Shown: one piece after another, positions 6,626 through 16,809 of the stretch | Position numbering within the stretch: position 1 is the stretch's first letter | How the letters are laid out: each line of letters opens with the position of its first letter | Sequence record: SRR20825010_4175 | Reading direction: 5' to 3' (one strand) | Length of the DNA stretch: 37,584 nt | Notes under the pieces: model-generated | What the model was told of the DNA's origin: nothing | The model's database searches: none | The model's input: the letters and a program-made list of their open reading frames with translations, nothing else | Position numbers and translations under genes: made by a program

Positions 6626-8872
6626 ATGAAAAAAAGTACTTTAAAACAAATGCTGGTTTTGTCCTTTACGCTCTTTTGCTTTGGGATAAATGCACAGACA
6701 AATGCGTTATGGACGAAAGCTTCGAACCTAGAAACGCAAAACAGACAGAAAGCTGATAGAAATACTATGCCACAGGAATATAACCTGTTTGAGCTAAATA
6801 GTTCTGCTCTTACAACTCTTTTAGTTGATGCTCCTGCTAGAAATGCAGGAAAAAGCAATGTTGTTGTTGACTTGCCTACTAATAATGGTGAAATTCAAAA
6901 ATTTCAAGTTTTTGAAGCTTCTGTAATGGAAACTGCTTTACAAGCTAAACACCCAAACATTCGTTCATATGTTGCACAAGGTATTGATGATCCTTCAGCA
7001 ATTGCGCGTTTTAGTGTTTCAAGCATAGGGTTGAATGCAATGATTTCTTCTCCTAAATTTTCAACAGTTTATATTGATCCTTATACCCAGGACAAAAACT
7101 ATTATATTAGCTATAACATCAGTTCATTGCCATCTGATCCAAACGGATTTGAATGTTTAACTGAAGATGATGGTGCTCCAGTAATTTTATCTGAAAATAA
7201 AAATGCTAATGATGGTATGTTAAGAACATTTAGAGCTGCTGTTGCTTGTACAGGTGAGTATGCTTTATTTCACTTAAACCGTCAGGGGGTACCAACAACA
7301 GCAACAGATGCTGTTAAGAAGGCTGCTGTTCTTGAAGCAATGAATACTACCATGACGCGTGTAAACGGTGTTTATGAAAGAGACCTTGCTGTAACTATGG
7401 TTTTAGTTGCAAATCAGGAAGATATTATTTTCCTTAATAGCGCTACTGACCCTTTTACAAACAACAATGCCAATACATTAATTAACCAAAGCCAAACAGT
7501 TATTGATGCAGAAATTGGTTCAGCTAATTATGATATAGGTCATACTTTTAGTACTGGTGCAGGTGGTTTAGCTCAATTAAGAGTTCCTTGTACATCTTCT
7601 AAGGCTAGAGGGGTTACGGGAACAAATAGCCCAGTAGGTGATTTTTATGATATTGATTACGTAGCTCACGAAATCGGTCACCAATTTGGTGCAACACATA
7701 CTTTTAACAATTCTTGCGGTGGTAACAGAACTGATTCAACTGCAATGGAACCTGGAAGTGGATCTACGATTATGGCGTATGCAGGAATTTGTTCTCCAAA
7801 CGTTCAGTCACGTAGTGATGATTACTTTACTGCAATTAGTATTCAGCAAATGTGGTCTAATGTTAAAAGTGGTAGTGGCCAATGTGCTGTACAAACAGCT
7901 ACAGGAAACTTACCTCCAACGGCAGATGCTGGACCAGATGTTGTAATTCCTAAGGGAACTCCTTTTATTTTGAAAGGTACTGCAACAGATCCAGATGCTG
8001 GTAATGTGCTTTCACACTGTTGGGAGCAAATGGACAACCAAATCGGTTCAATGCCGCCACAAAGTACTTCTGTTTTTGGGCCTTTATTTAGATCAATTGA
8101 TCCATTACCAGATCCAGAAAGATATATGCCAGCTATAGCTACGGTATTAAATAACCAAACACAGAGCACTTGGGAAGTGGTGCCAACTGTAGGAAGGTCA
8201 TTACGCTTTAGATATACAGTTCGTGATAACGCACTGGCAGGAGGAGCTACAGCAAGTGATAATATGTTTGTTACAGTTGATGGAACCGCTGGTCCTTTCG
8301 TAGTAACTTCACAAACAACTGCTACAACTTGGACTACACAATCTACAGCAACGGTAACTTGGGATGTAGCAGGAACAGATGCTGCTCCAGTAAATAGCCC
8401 AAATGTAGATATTATGTTCTCTACTGATGGTGGATTAACATACCCAGTTATGGTTGCTGTAAACGTGCCAAACAATGGGAATGCTGTTGTAAACGTACCA
8501 AACCTTAATACTACAACTGGTAGATTAATGGTTAAGTCATCAAACAATATTTTCTATGACCTTAACGACGCAGTGATTACTGTTGATGGTGTTGTTAGTG
8601 TTGGTGAGTTTACTTTTGAAAACTTTACAGTGTATCCAAACCCTTCAAATGGAACTTTCAACCTTTCATTTAAACCAGCTTCAAATGATAATATTGAAGT
8701 TTCTTTGTATGACTTAAGAGGTAGAGCAATCAACCAATTTACTTTTAATGATGTTACAGCATCAAGCACTTTTAACAAACAACTTGACTACGGTTATGTT
8801 GAAAGCGGAATGTACTTCCTTGTTGTTAAAAACGGAAATAAAGTAACAACTAAGAAAGTTATTAAAAACTAA
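6626..8872 (+). CDS. Reprolysin-like (M12B) zinc metalloprotease with type A T9SS C-terminal domain
   Basis: Signal peptide, propeptide, HEIGHQFGATH zinc motif, STIMAY Met-turn, C-terminal VYPNP...SGMYFLVV...KKVIKN. Confidence 0.92.
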   Translation: MKKSTLKQMLVLSFTLFCFGINAQTNALWTKASNLETQNRQKADRNTMPQEYNLFELNSSALTTLLVDAPARNAGKSNVVVDLPTNNGEIQKFQVFEASVMETALQAKHPNIRSYVAQGIDDPSAIARFSVSSIGLNAMISSPKFSTVYIDPYTQDKNYYISYNISSLPSDPNGFECLTEDDGAPVILSENKNANDGMLRTFRAAVACTGEYALFHLNRQGVPTTATDAVKKAAVLEAMNTTMTRVNGVYERDLAVTMVLVANQEDIIFLNSATDPFTNNNANTLINQSQTVIDAEIGSANYDIGHTFSTGAGGLAQLRVPCTSSKARGVTGTNSPVGDFYDIDYVAHEIGHQFGATHTFNNSCGGNRTDSTAMEPGSGSTIMAYAGICSPNVQSRSDDYFTAISIQQMWSNVKSGSGQCAVQTATGNLPPTADAGPDVVIPKGTPFILKGTATDPDAGNVLSHCWEQMDNQIGSMPPQSTSVFGPLFRSIDPLPDPERYMPAIATVLNNQTQSTWEVVPTVGRSLRFRYTVRDNALAGGATASDNMFVTVDGTAGPFVVTSQTTATTWTTQSTATVTWDVAGTDAAPVNSPNVDIMFSTDGGLTYPVMVAVNVPNNGNAVVNVPNLNTTTGRLMVKSSNNIFYDLNDAVITVDGVVSVGEFTFENFTVYPNPSNGTFNLSFKPASNDNIEVSLYDLRGRAINQFTFNDVTASSTFNKQLDYGYVESGMYFLVVKNGNKVTTKKVIKN

Positions 8873-8894
8873 TCTAGTTTAAATATAAATATTG

Positions 8895-8927
8895 AAAGAG
8901 GCGTTCAAGTTAATTGAACGCCTCTTT
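8895..8927. terminator. Bidirectional intrinsic terminator
   Basis: AAAGAGGCGTTCAA-GTTAA-TTGAACGCCTCTTT between convergent genes. Confidence 0.9.
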
Positions 8928-8979
8928 TGTTTTTTTAAACTTGTGTGTAGAAAAGTAAAAGTTATTCTCTTCGAAACAA

Positions 8980-9513
8980 CTAAAGTTTTATAGTTTTAGT
9001 AATATGTGAAATAGTCTGAGTTGTTTTATCAGTTTTAAATTGTAGGTCAAAAATGATTGCCTTGTCCGTTTTTTCAACCATAAGCTTTCCATCAGTTACA
9101 GGGAAATAACCTCCATCTCTACAAAAACAATGTCTTCCAAAAAGTAAATTAACATCTGCAAGAGTAGCGTTCTCCTTGCTCAATCGCTCCGTATTTGAAG
9201 GGATTTCAAAATGAATAGTTTCAGAATAATTACCATCTGCAGTACCTTCTGGGCCCTTTACAGCATAAGTAAACTCCACAATTATATTATTGCCAGCTGT
9301 CATTTCTGGATATAAAGCCCCGGTGCCATCATCTTTAATAGCCAAACGCTGGTTTTTATGTGCAACTACACTGCAAGTTCCTTCCTCTGGACAGCCAGTA
9401 GCTTTGTTTTTTATTTGTTCCATGTTTGTGTTGTTGGTCCCTATTACAGTTCCTGTTTGTGTTTTACAGGCATTTACCATAAATAAAGAAACTAAAATAA
9501 ATAATGCTTTCAT
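8980..9513 (-). CDS. Hypothetical lipoprotein, Cys-containing
   Basis: Lipobox VNAC after a hydrophobic stretch; CPEEGTC and HCFCR motifs. Confidence 0.8.
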   Translation of the reverse strand: MKALFILVSLFMVNACKTQTGTVIGTNNTNMEQIKNKATGCPEEGTCSVVAHKNQRLAIKDDGTGALYPEMTAGNNIIVEFTYAVKGPEGTADGNYSETIHFEIPSNTERLSKENATLADVNLLFGRHCFCRDGGYFPVTDGKLMVEKTDKAIIFDLQFKTDKTTQTISHITKTIKL

Positions 9514-9572
9514 GATCTATAAATTTTTAATTAATGAATTGTAATTAGTAGAATTTTAGATGTATAATTGAA

Positions 9573-10301
9573 TTAATCTTCTAATTCTACTTCCAAATCC
9601 AGTACATCTGGATTTTTAAAATATTCAATAAATGGTTTCTGTAAGATAATAGTTTTTCTGTCTTCCGAAAAAGTAGCTTGCGGATTTGATGTTTTTTTTA
9701 TTTTCCTCGGAAAAGTATAATTCAATGTATAATTGGAACCACCCATAAACATTTCAGTCTTTTTTAAACTATCTACTTGTTGCTGATGCTCTTTTTCGTC
9801 CTTAATAAAAGCATCGCGTTTAAAAACATTATCTTTATAGGAATACGCAACTCCAACAACTTCTGGGGAATCTTTTTTGGAGTCTTTAGAGTCTTTATTG
9901 GGCATTAAATTTGCAGATTGTTCCAAACCATTCATAATATCATTTGCTTCATTAACATCCGTGAAGTCTGTAGTTATTTTATAAACCAACTCTGAAGTTT
10001 CTGAATTCATAACCATATGAAAATTGAAGTTTTCAAGTTTTTTTAATTTTTTTTGTTCACTCATAGAAAGCTTGGAAATACTGTCTTTTTTTTCTTCCAA
10101 AAAATGTTTCATACGTATAATTGTATCCATTTTTACCGTTGAAGAATCAATAAATGTGGAGCCACCAAAAGCCATCATTTCACTTAAATTTGCTTCTACA
10201 CTTATCACCCCAGTGCCATCTTCGTTCATCACCATGGTTTCATTAAACTGACAACCTATAGTTACTATGGCTACTGCCACTAGAATTAATATTTTTTTCA
10301 T
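9573..10301 (-). CDS. Hypothetical lipoprotein
   Basis: MKKILILVAVAIVTIGC lipobox; 242-aa ORF co-oriented with neighbours. Confidence 0.82.
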   Translation of the reverse strand: MKKILILVAVAIVTIGCQFNETMVMNEDGTGVISVEANLSEMMAFGGSTFIDSSTVKMDTIIRMKHFLEEKKDSISKLSMSEQKKLKKLENFNFHMVMNSETSELVYKITTDFTDVNEANDIMNGLEQSANLMPNKDSKDSKKDSPEVVGVAYSYKDNVFKRDAFIKDEKEHQQQVDSLKKTEMFMGGSNYTLNYTFPRKIKKTSNPQATFSEDRKTIILQKPFIEYFKNPDVLDLEVELED

Positions 10302-10307
10302 TTAGGT

Positions 10308-10466
10308 TTAATTTTTAGGATTGTTTAAAATGATTAATGCGGCAATTACTCCAGGAATCCAACCACAAATAGTAAGAATAAAAACGATTAGTATAGAGCC
10401 ACAACCCTTACCAATAACAGCAAGCGGTGGAAAAATAATTGCTAAAAGGACTCTCCAGATACTCAT
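10308..10466 (-). CDS. YqaE/Pmp3 family small membrane protein (52 aa)
   Basis: Not in ORF track. MSIWRVLLAIIFPPLAVIGKGCGSILIVFILTICGWIPGVIAALIILNNPKN carries the PPLAV and G-W-IPG-I family signatures. Confidence 0.92.
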   Translation of the reverse strand: MSIWRVLLAIIFPPLAVIGKGCGSILIVFILTICGWIPGVIAALIILNNPKN

Positions 10467-10564
10467 TAAAAACAAATTTACGATTAATAACTTAGCTATA
10501 GGTCAAATCAATTTTCCTTTTGTTACAAGAATAAGGTTTAATACCTTAGTCGTTTATTTGCATT

Positions 10565-11620
10565 ATGGACATTAAAAAAATTATCCCACTTTTTTTCTTT
10601 TTTGCAATCACGGTTTGCGAAGCGCAATATCAGTTTTCAGGATATGTAGATGCGGAATCAACAAAAGGCACCGTTTATCTTTCAGCAGTTGATGATTACA
10701 GAAAAATCTCGGGTGTATATCCAGAGCAAATCCTTAATAAAACCATTCCCGATTCAACAGGTTTCTTTTCTTTTTCAGGCGATAATTTGCCTTTGGAAAA
10801 CAGAATTTATAGAATCCATGTAGATTTATGTAGTGAAAACGACCAAAATACCACTCATTTTACTGGGCATTGTGCAAATAGTAAAGAAATTATTTTTATT
10901 GCAAATAATTATAACACCTTGTCACTTCCTTTTTCTTTTGATGAAGAAATGTTTTGTCGTGTAGTTTCCAAAAATGAAAGAGCAAATGCTTTTTTAAAGT
11001 TAGACTCCTTAAAGCACGATATGCGTTTTGCATTTGGCACCTACCGTAGTGAAGCAAACCGACGGGTTAATTCAAAAAAATGGTTTAGTATTTTACAACA
11101 ATATGGCGAGCAATTGCAAGAGCCTTTGGCGGAACTTTATAGCTATACTTTTTTTTCAGATAGGGCGCAGCCGCTACATTCCTATTATTTGGAAGACTTA
11201 AAAACAAATACATATTACGACGAGTTGCTTAAACGTCTCACTGAAAAATACCCAAACAGTAAATATACAGAGCAATATAAAGCAGAACTTGCTTCAGATA
11301 AATATTTGGTAGCAGCAATTAAACCTGATAGATTTCCATGGTGGTTTTACCTGCTTGGCGCAATTGCTGGAATATCAATTTTAGGAAATTTCTTTTTGTA
11401 TTGGAAATTAAAAAAAACAAACACTTTTGTGGCTTCAAAAGAAACGCTTTCTAATCAAGAAAAGAAAGTTTTAGGACTTATTCTTGAAAATAAAAGCAAC
11501 AAAGAAATAGCTTCTTTGATGTTTGTAAGTTTAAGTACTGTAAAGTCGCACATAAATAATCTTTACAAAAAACTAAATGTAAACTCGCGTGAGGAAGTGA
11601 AAAACCTATATTCAAATTAA
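10565..11620 (+). CDS. Membrane-anchored LuxR-family transcriptional regulator
   Basis: Signal peptide, extracytoplasmic domain, TM WWFYLLGAIAGISILGNFFLYW, C-terminal LSNQEKKVL..NKEIASLMFVSLSTVKSHINNLYKKLNV LuxR HTH. Confidence 0.9.
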   Translation: MDIKKIIPLFFFFAITVCEAQYQFSGYVDAESTKGTVYLSAVDDYRKISGVYPEQILNKTIPDSTGFFSFSGDNLPLENRIYRIHVDLCSENDQNTTHFTGHCANSKEIIFIANNYNTLSLPFSFDEEMFCRVVSKNERANAFLKLDSLKHDMRFAFGTYRSEANRRVNSKKWFSILQQYGEQLQEPLAELYSYTFFSDRAQPLHSYYLEDLKTNTYYDELLKRLTEKYPNSKYTEQYKAELASDKYLVAAIKPDRFPWWFYLLGAIAGISILGNFFLYWKLKKTNTFVASKETLSNQEKKVLGLILENKSNKEIASLMFVSLSTVKSHINNLYKKLNVNSREEVKNLYSN

Positions 11621-11716
11621 ATTCAACGGGGGTCTAGTCCCTTTTTCAAACCTTTCATTTTTAGCTTTCTTATCATTTTTTAAAATCTTCGTGCTGTTAA
11701 TTTTAAAACCAACACC

Positions 11717-12616
11717 ATGAAAAATTTAATCCTACTATCCTTCGCTTTTTTTATTGCGATTATTACAACTTATGCGCAGCCTTTTAATAATGAAATTCTT
11801 CAAGAAGGTAAAAGCCCAATGTTATTGGGGAAAATAAACAAACAAGCGCTTTCAACAAACACTTATTCAGAATGGTTTTTATCCAACTATGAAGCCTATC
11901 AACCAAATAAAGAGAAAATTTCAGAAATAGAAAAACTGCTTCCTCAATATACAATTACAGCATTTTTTGGTTCTTGGTGTGGAGATAGCAAAAAAGAACT
12001 ACCTGTATTTTATAAAGTATTGGATGAAGCAAATTTTCCATTGGAACGTCTTACAGTTATTGCGGTCGATTCTGATCGAAATTTCTACAAACAAAGTCCC
12101 GGCGGCGAACAAGAAGGGCTAAACATTCACCGTGTGCCAACATTTATTTTTTATAAAAATGGACAAGAAGTTAACCGAATTGTTGAACATCCCGTAAATA
12201 CTTTTGAAGATGATATAGTGCAGATTATTCAAAATAAAGCCTACACGCCAAATTACAATGCGGTAACAATTGTAAATGATGCTATAAATGAAATGGGATT
12301 ACAAAAGTTTCAGAAAAAAATAAAAAAACTAATGCCACAACTTAAGGAAGAAGCCAAGAGTTTGGGTGAATTGAATACTTATTCTAGCGTATTATTTTAT
12401 TCCGACAGAAAGGAAGAAGCAATTGCTGTTGCTGCTTTAAACACACTTTTATTTCCTAAAGAAGCCTATGTTTTTGAAAATTTAGCAAATAAATTTTATG
12501 ATTTAAATCAATTCGACAAAGCCTTAGAAAATTATAATAAAGCACTTGCACTAAAACCAGATAATAAAAGGGTGAAAGTTTCAATTGAATCTACTCTCGA
12601 GAAAATTAATGACTAA
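11717..12616 (+). CDS. Exported thioredoxin-like protein with C-terminal TPR
   Basis: Signal peptide, GSWCGDS (CxxS), RVPTFIF cis-Pro motif, TPR ENLANKFY..ALENYNKALALKP. Confidence 0.85.
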   Translation: MKNLILLSFAFFIAIITTYAQPFNNEILQEGKSPMLLGKINKQALSTNTYSEWFLSNYEAYQPNKEKISEIEKLLPQYTITAFFGSWCGDSKKELPVFYKVLDEANFPLERLTVIAVDSDRNFYKQSPGGEQEGLNIHRVPTFIFYKNGQEVNRIVEHPVNTFEDDIVQIIQNKAYTPNYNAVTIVNDAINEMGLQKFQKKIKKLMPQLKEEAKSLGELNTYSSVLFYSDRKEEAIAVAALNTLLFPKEAYVFENLANKFYDLNQFDKALENYNKALALKPDNKRVKVSIESTLEKIND

Positions 12617-12747
12617 AATAATTGATTTTTGGGTTTGATTATTCAATTTCAAACTCTTTATTCTGTAGTAAATATTTTTTGACGAAGGGCTATTTACTTT
12701 ATTCTTTTTTCTAATCCAGTCTTTTCGCATTTAGCACTTCATTTCCC

Positions 12748-12755
12748 TATCTTTG
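12748..12755 (+). promoter_or_regulatory. -7 box (TATCTTTG) for lysS
   Basis: TAnnTTTG 24 nt upstream of the ATG. Confidence 0.7.
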
Positions 12756-12779
12756 CAAACTTATTTTTATACTTAATCT

Positions 12780-14471
12780 ATGCAACTTTCTGAACTGGAA
12801 ATTATCCGAAGAGAAAAATTAAACCAACTGCGCAATTTGGGCATTAATCCATATCCCGCAGATTTATATCCTGTAGACACTACTTCAAAAAAGATAAAAA
12901 ACAATTTTGAAGAAGGAAAAAAAGTTGTTGTTGCAGGAAGACTTATGTCGCGCAGAATTCAAGGTCCAGCTTCATTTGCAGAGCTTCAGGATGCTGACGG
13001 GCGTATTCAGGTTTATTTTAATCGTGATGAAATATGCTCTGGGGAGGACAAAAGTTATTACAACGAAGTTTATAAAAAATTACTTGATATAGGTGATTTT
13101 ATTGGTATTGAAGGCGAACTTTTTAATACGCAAGTAGGTGAAAAAACCATTATGGTAAAAAAATTCACCCTTTTAAGTAAAGCGTTAAAACCTTTGCCAC
13201 AACCACGTGTTGATGCCGAAGGAAAAGTGCACGATGCGTTTACGGATCCAGAACAGCGGTATCGTCAGCGTTACGCAGATTTAGTGGTAAATCCACACGT
13301 GAAAGAAATATTTGTAAAACGTACAAAACTTTATAATGCCATGCGTAGTTTTTTTAACGATCGCGGTTATTTTGAAGTTGAGACGCCTGTTTTACAGCCT
13401 ATTCCAGGGGGTGCTGCAGCGCGACCTTTTATAACACATCACAATTCTTTGGATATTCCATTATATATGCGAATTGCAAATGAATTATACCTAAAAAGGT
13501 TGATTGTTGGTGGTTTTGATGGGGTGTATGAATTCTCTAAAAACTTCCGAAATGAAGGGATGGATCGTACGCACAACCCAGAATTTACTGCAATGGAAAT
13601 TTATGTTTCCTATAAAGATTATAATTGGATGATGGATTTCTGCGAGCAATTGTTAGAATTCTGTGCTATGGAAGTAAATGGAACCACAGAAACTACATTC
13701 GGAAAGCATAAAATAGACTTTAAAGCGCCATATCCAAGAGTGACGATGGCGGAAGCAATTCAGAAATTCACAGGTTTTGATATAACAGGAAAAACAGAAG
13801 ATGAAATTCGTGAAGCTGCTGAAAAAATGAATATTGCCGTAGATGATACGATGGGGAAAGGAAAACTGATTGATGAAATTTTTGGTGAAAAGTGCGAAGG
13901 CAATTTTATTCAGCCAACTTTTATTACAGACTATCCAAAGGAAATGAGTCCGCTTTGTAAAGAACATCGTGAAAATCCGGAGCTTACCGAACGTTTTGAA
14001 TTAATGGTTTGCGGGAAAGAAATAGCAAATGCTTATAGTGAATTAAACGACCCTATAGATCAAAGAGAGCGTTTTGAAGCCCAATTAAAACTTGCAGATA
14101 GAGGCGATGATGAAGCAACTGCATTTATAGATTTCGATTTTTTACGTGCTTTGGAATACGGAATGCCTCCAACCAGCGGAATGGGTATCGGTATGGATCG
14201 ATTAATTATGTTCTTAACCAACAACGCATCCATCCAAGAAGTACTTTTCTTCCCACAAATGCGACCCGAAAAGAAAAAAGTTGAAATGACCGAAGACGAA
14301 AAAACGGTTTACGCGCTATTAAAAGCAAATTCACCTGTTTCTTTGGAAGAATTAAAAACTCAAAGTGGTCTAAGTAATAAAAAATGGGATAAAACAATAA
14401 AAGGGCTTACAGCGTCAAAGGTTGCCAAAGTTGATAAAACGGACGAAAGCTTGATGGTTTCCATTATTTAA
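12780..14471 (+). CDS. lysS: Lysine--tRNA ligase (class II) with ~65-aa C-terminal extension
   Basis: RYRQRYADL, FEVETP, GGAAARPF, FRNEGMDRTHNPEFT, EYGMPPTSGMGIGMDRL. Confidence 0.98.
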   Translation: MQLSELEIIRREKLNQLRNLGINPYPADLYPVDTTSKKIKNNFEEGKKVVVAGRLMSRRIQGPASFAELQDADGRIQVYFNRDEICSGEDKSYYNEVYKKLLDIGDFIGIEGELFNTQVGEKTIMVKKFTLLSKALKPLPQPRVDAEGKVHDAFTDPEQRYRQRYADLVVNPHVKEIFVKRTKLYNAMRSFFNDRGYFEVETPVLQPIPGGAAARPFITHHNSLDIPLYMRIANELYLKRLIVGGFDGVYEFSKNFRNEGMDRTHNPEFTAMEIYVSYKDYNWMMDFCEQLLEFCAMEVNGTTETTFGKHKIDFKAPYPRVTMAEAIQKFTGFDITGKTEDEIREAAEKMNIAVDDTMGKGKLIDEIFGEKCEGNFIQPTFITDYPKEMSPLCKEHRENPELTERFELMVCGKEIANAYSELNDPIDQRERFEAQLKLADRGDDEATAFIDFDFLRALEYGMPPTSGMGIGMDRLIMFLTNNASIQEVLFFPQMRPEKKKVEMTEDEKTVYALLKANSPVSLEELKTQSGLSNKKWDKTIKGLTASKVAKVDKTDESLMVSII

Positions 14472-14482
14472 AAAAAATAACT

Positions 14483-14536
14483 TTTAAAATAAAAAAAGGA
14501 AATTTCAGAAATGGAGTTTCCTTTTTTTATTTTAAA
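14483..14536 (+). terminator. Intrinsic terminator after lysS
   Basis: Long inverted repeat TTTAAAATAAAAAAAGGAAATTTCA-GAAA-TGGAGTTTCCTTTTTTTATTTTAAA. Confidence 0.85.
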
Positions 14537-14647
14537 GCGTAAGTTCAAATAAGCTCATTTTCTGATTTTTATAATTAGTTTTTTTTGTTTTATAGCAGAT
14601 AACTCATACATTTAGCAATCAAATTACAAACTATAAACCAATTTTTC

Positions 14648-16780
14648 ATGAAAAGACTATTATTCACTTCGCTATTATTAGGCTTTACACAGCTTTTCTT
14701 TGCCCAAACAAGTAAAGAAAGTGTTGCGCAAGCATGGATGGACGCCAATATGCCCATTAGCAAAACAAACCAAAGCTTTGAAATGACATTTAGCCACGCT
14801 GGGCCTTCTGGTGAGACATTTCGATATTATCATACTGTAAATGGGGTAGAGGTTTTTGACTCTTCAGTAGCAGTACATGTTTCAAATAGCAATCAAGTAA
14901 CCTATACATCTAGCACCTATAACAATGCAATTGAAACCATTGATACAAACCCTTCCATTTCTGAGAACGAAGCTTTAAATGCAGCAATTAATGCTTTAAA
15001 TATTGAAGGTTATATTTCACAAAAAGAAGTAAAACTCTATGTTTATAATAAATTAGGAGCTAATAGATTGGTTTATAGAGTAACTACAATGTCTGAGTTC
15101 CTAATGGGAAATTGGGAAACAATTATCGATGCTAAATCGGGAGCCGTTTTAAGCACAAAAGATATTGCTATTTACGAAAAAACTACGGGAGATGTGAAAA
15201 ACCCAAAAGACACAAAAAATCCAGTTGGCCCACTGTCAAAAGCAACCGGTACAGCCATGGTTTTTGATCCAGACCCATTAACAAAAACAGGAAGCACTTA
15301 TGGTGGAACTTATGTAGATAATAATGATCAGACCAATGCAGATTTAAACGCAGCAAGAACATTAGTAAATCTAGTAGACATTGAATTTGACGGTACAAAT
15401 TATAGATTAAGAGGTGCCTACACTGAAATAGCAGAATTAGGTTCTCCTTCAACTGGGTTGTTTCTTCAAACTTCATCTGACTTTGATTTTACAAGAGACG
15501 AGCAAGGCTTTGAAGCTGCAAACTGTTACCATCATATCGATAAAAGTTTTCGTTATATAAACGATGATTTAGGCATACCACTTGTTTCAATATATAATGG
15601 TGGGGTTGTTCGTTTTGATCCACATGGTGCCAACGGGGCAGATAATTCTTTTTACAGCGCAGGAAGCCTTCAGTTTGGTGAAGGCGGTGTAGATGATGGA
15701 GAAGATATGGATGTAATTCTTCATGAATTGGGTCATGGACTTCATGATTTTGTTACTAACGGAAACCTTAGCCAAGTGAATGGTTTGAGCGAAGGAACTG
15801 GAGATTATTGGGCAAACTCATACAAGAGAAGCTTAGGTTTTTGGAACAACACAGATAACCAATACTTTTGGGTATTTGGTTGGGACGGACACAACCCATT
15901 TTGGGGAGGAAGAACCACTAATTATGGTGCAATGTACCCAGGTGGGCTTACAGGCTCCATTCATACAGATGGTCAAATATGGGCAACTGTACTTCTTGAA
16001 ATATGGGAAATTATTGGAAGAGAAAAAATGGATGCTGCAGTGTGGGAAGGTTTAGCAATGACAAATAGTAGTACAAACCAACAAAACGCTGCAATTGCTG
16101 TAAGGCAAGCTGCTATAGATATGGGGTATACATGTTCTGAAATTGAGGCATTTACAGATAGATTTGAAGCTAGAGGGTATATATTGCCAGTTTATATTTG
16201 CGATCCAACTGCCTGCGATATTTCTGCAATAGAAACCTCAAATATTTCTCCATGTAATGATAATGGTACTCCTGGAGACGGTAGTGATGATTATTTTACA
16301 GCAGACATTACGGTAACTTTTGTAAACCCTCCAGCAACTGGAACATTAGATTTAACGGGTGATGGAACAGCTTCAGTTCCTGTAGCAGGATTAACTTCTC
16401 CACATACATTTGTGGGCGTAGTTTTACCAGCTGATGGTGGCGCAATTAATATTACATCAACCTTCTCTGCTGAAGGCGCTTGTACAATGGTTGAAACTAA
16501 CGCAGGAACAGCACCTGGCCCATGTGTAACTGCAGGAGTAAACGATAATGAAGCATTATATAATGTTGCTATTTATCCAAACCCAGCAGATGATTTTATC
16601 TCATTATCAAACCTAACACAGCAATATAATGTTGCTGTATACAATTTATTAGGTCAAAAAGTGAAAGAACAAATTGTTGATGCAAACAAAAATAGCATCA
16701 ATATTAACGATCTTTCTTTAGGTGTTTATATTTTGAAATTTGATGACTACAATACTGTTTTAAGATTTGTAGTGAAATAA
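14648..16780 (+). CDS. Thermolysin/fungalysin-type (M4/M36) metalloprotease with propeptide and type A T9SS domain
   Basis: Signal peptide, FTP/PepSY-like propeptide (IIDAKSGAVL), HELGH...LSEGTGD, IHTDGQIW, C-terminal IYPNPA...LGVYILK. Confidence 0.88.
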   Translation: MKRLLFTSLLLGFTQLFFAQTSKESVAQAWMDANMPISKTNQSFEMTFSHAGPSGETFRYYHTVNGVEVFDSSVAVHVSNSNQVTYTSSTYNNAIETIDTNPSISENEALNAAINALNIEGYISQKEVKLYVYNKLGANRLVYRVTTMSEFLMGNWETIIDAKSGAVLSTKDIAIYEKTTGDVKNPKDTKNPVGPLSKATGTAMVFDPDPLTKTGSTYGGTYVDNNDQTNADLNAARTLVNLVDIEFDGTNYRLRGAYTEIAELGSPSTGLFLQTSSDFDFTRDEQGFEAANCYHHIDKSFRYINDDLGIPLVSIYNGGVVRFDPHGANGADNSFYSAGSLQFGEGGVDDGEDMDVILHELGHGLHDFVTNGNLSQVNGLSEGTGDYWANSYKRSLGFWNNTDNQYFWVFGWDGHNPFWGGRTTNYGAMYPGGLTGSIHTDGQIWATVLLEIWEIIGREKMDAAVWEGLAMTNSSTNQQNAAIAVRQAAIDMGYTCSEIEAFTDRFEARGYILPVYICDPTACDISAIETSNISPCNDNGTPGDGSDDYFTADITVTFVNPPATGTLDLTGDGTASVPVAGLTSPHTFVGVVLPADGGAINITSTFSAEGACTMVETNAGTAPGPCVTAGVNDNEALYNVAIYPNPADDFISLSNLTQQYNVAVYNLLGQKVKEQIVDANKNSININDLSLGVYILKFDDYNTVLRFVVK

Positions 16781-16809
16781 ATAATTTTTTTTAATTGTTT
16801 TATTTTGTG

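Noticed and set aside
7843..8547. 234-aa antisense ORF
   Set aside because: Shadow of the M12B protease gene, explained by its codon bias
10321..10575. 84-aa plus-strand ORF
   Set aside because: Antisense shadow of the real Pmp3 gene at 10308-10466
5191..11642. Shared 9-mer CTAGTCCCT in sRNA B and in the LuxR-thioredoxin spacer
   Set aside because: A single short match in different contexts; not enough to link the two loci
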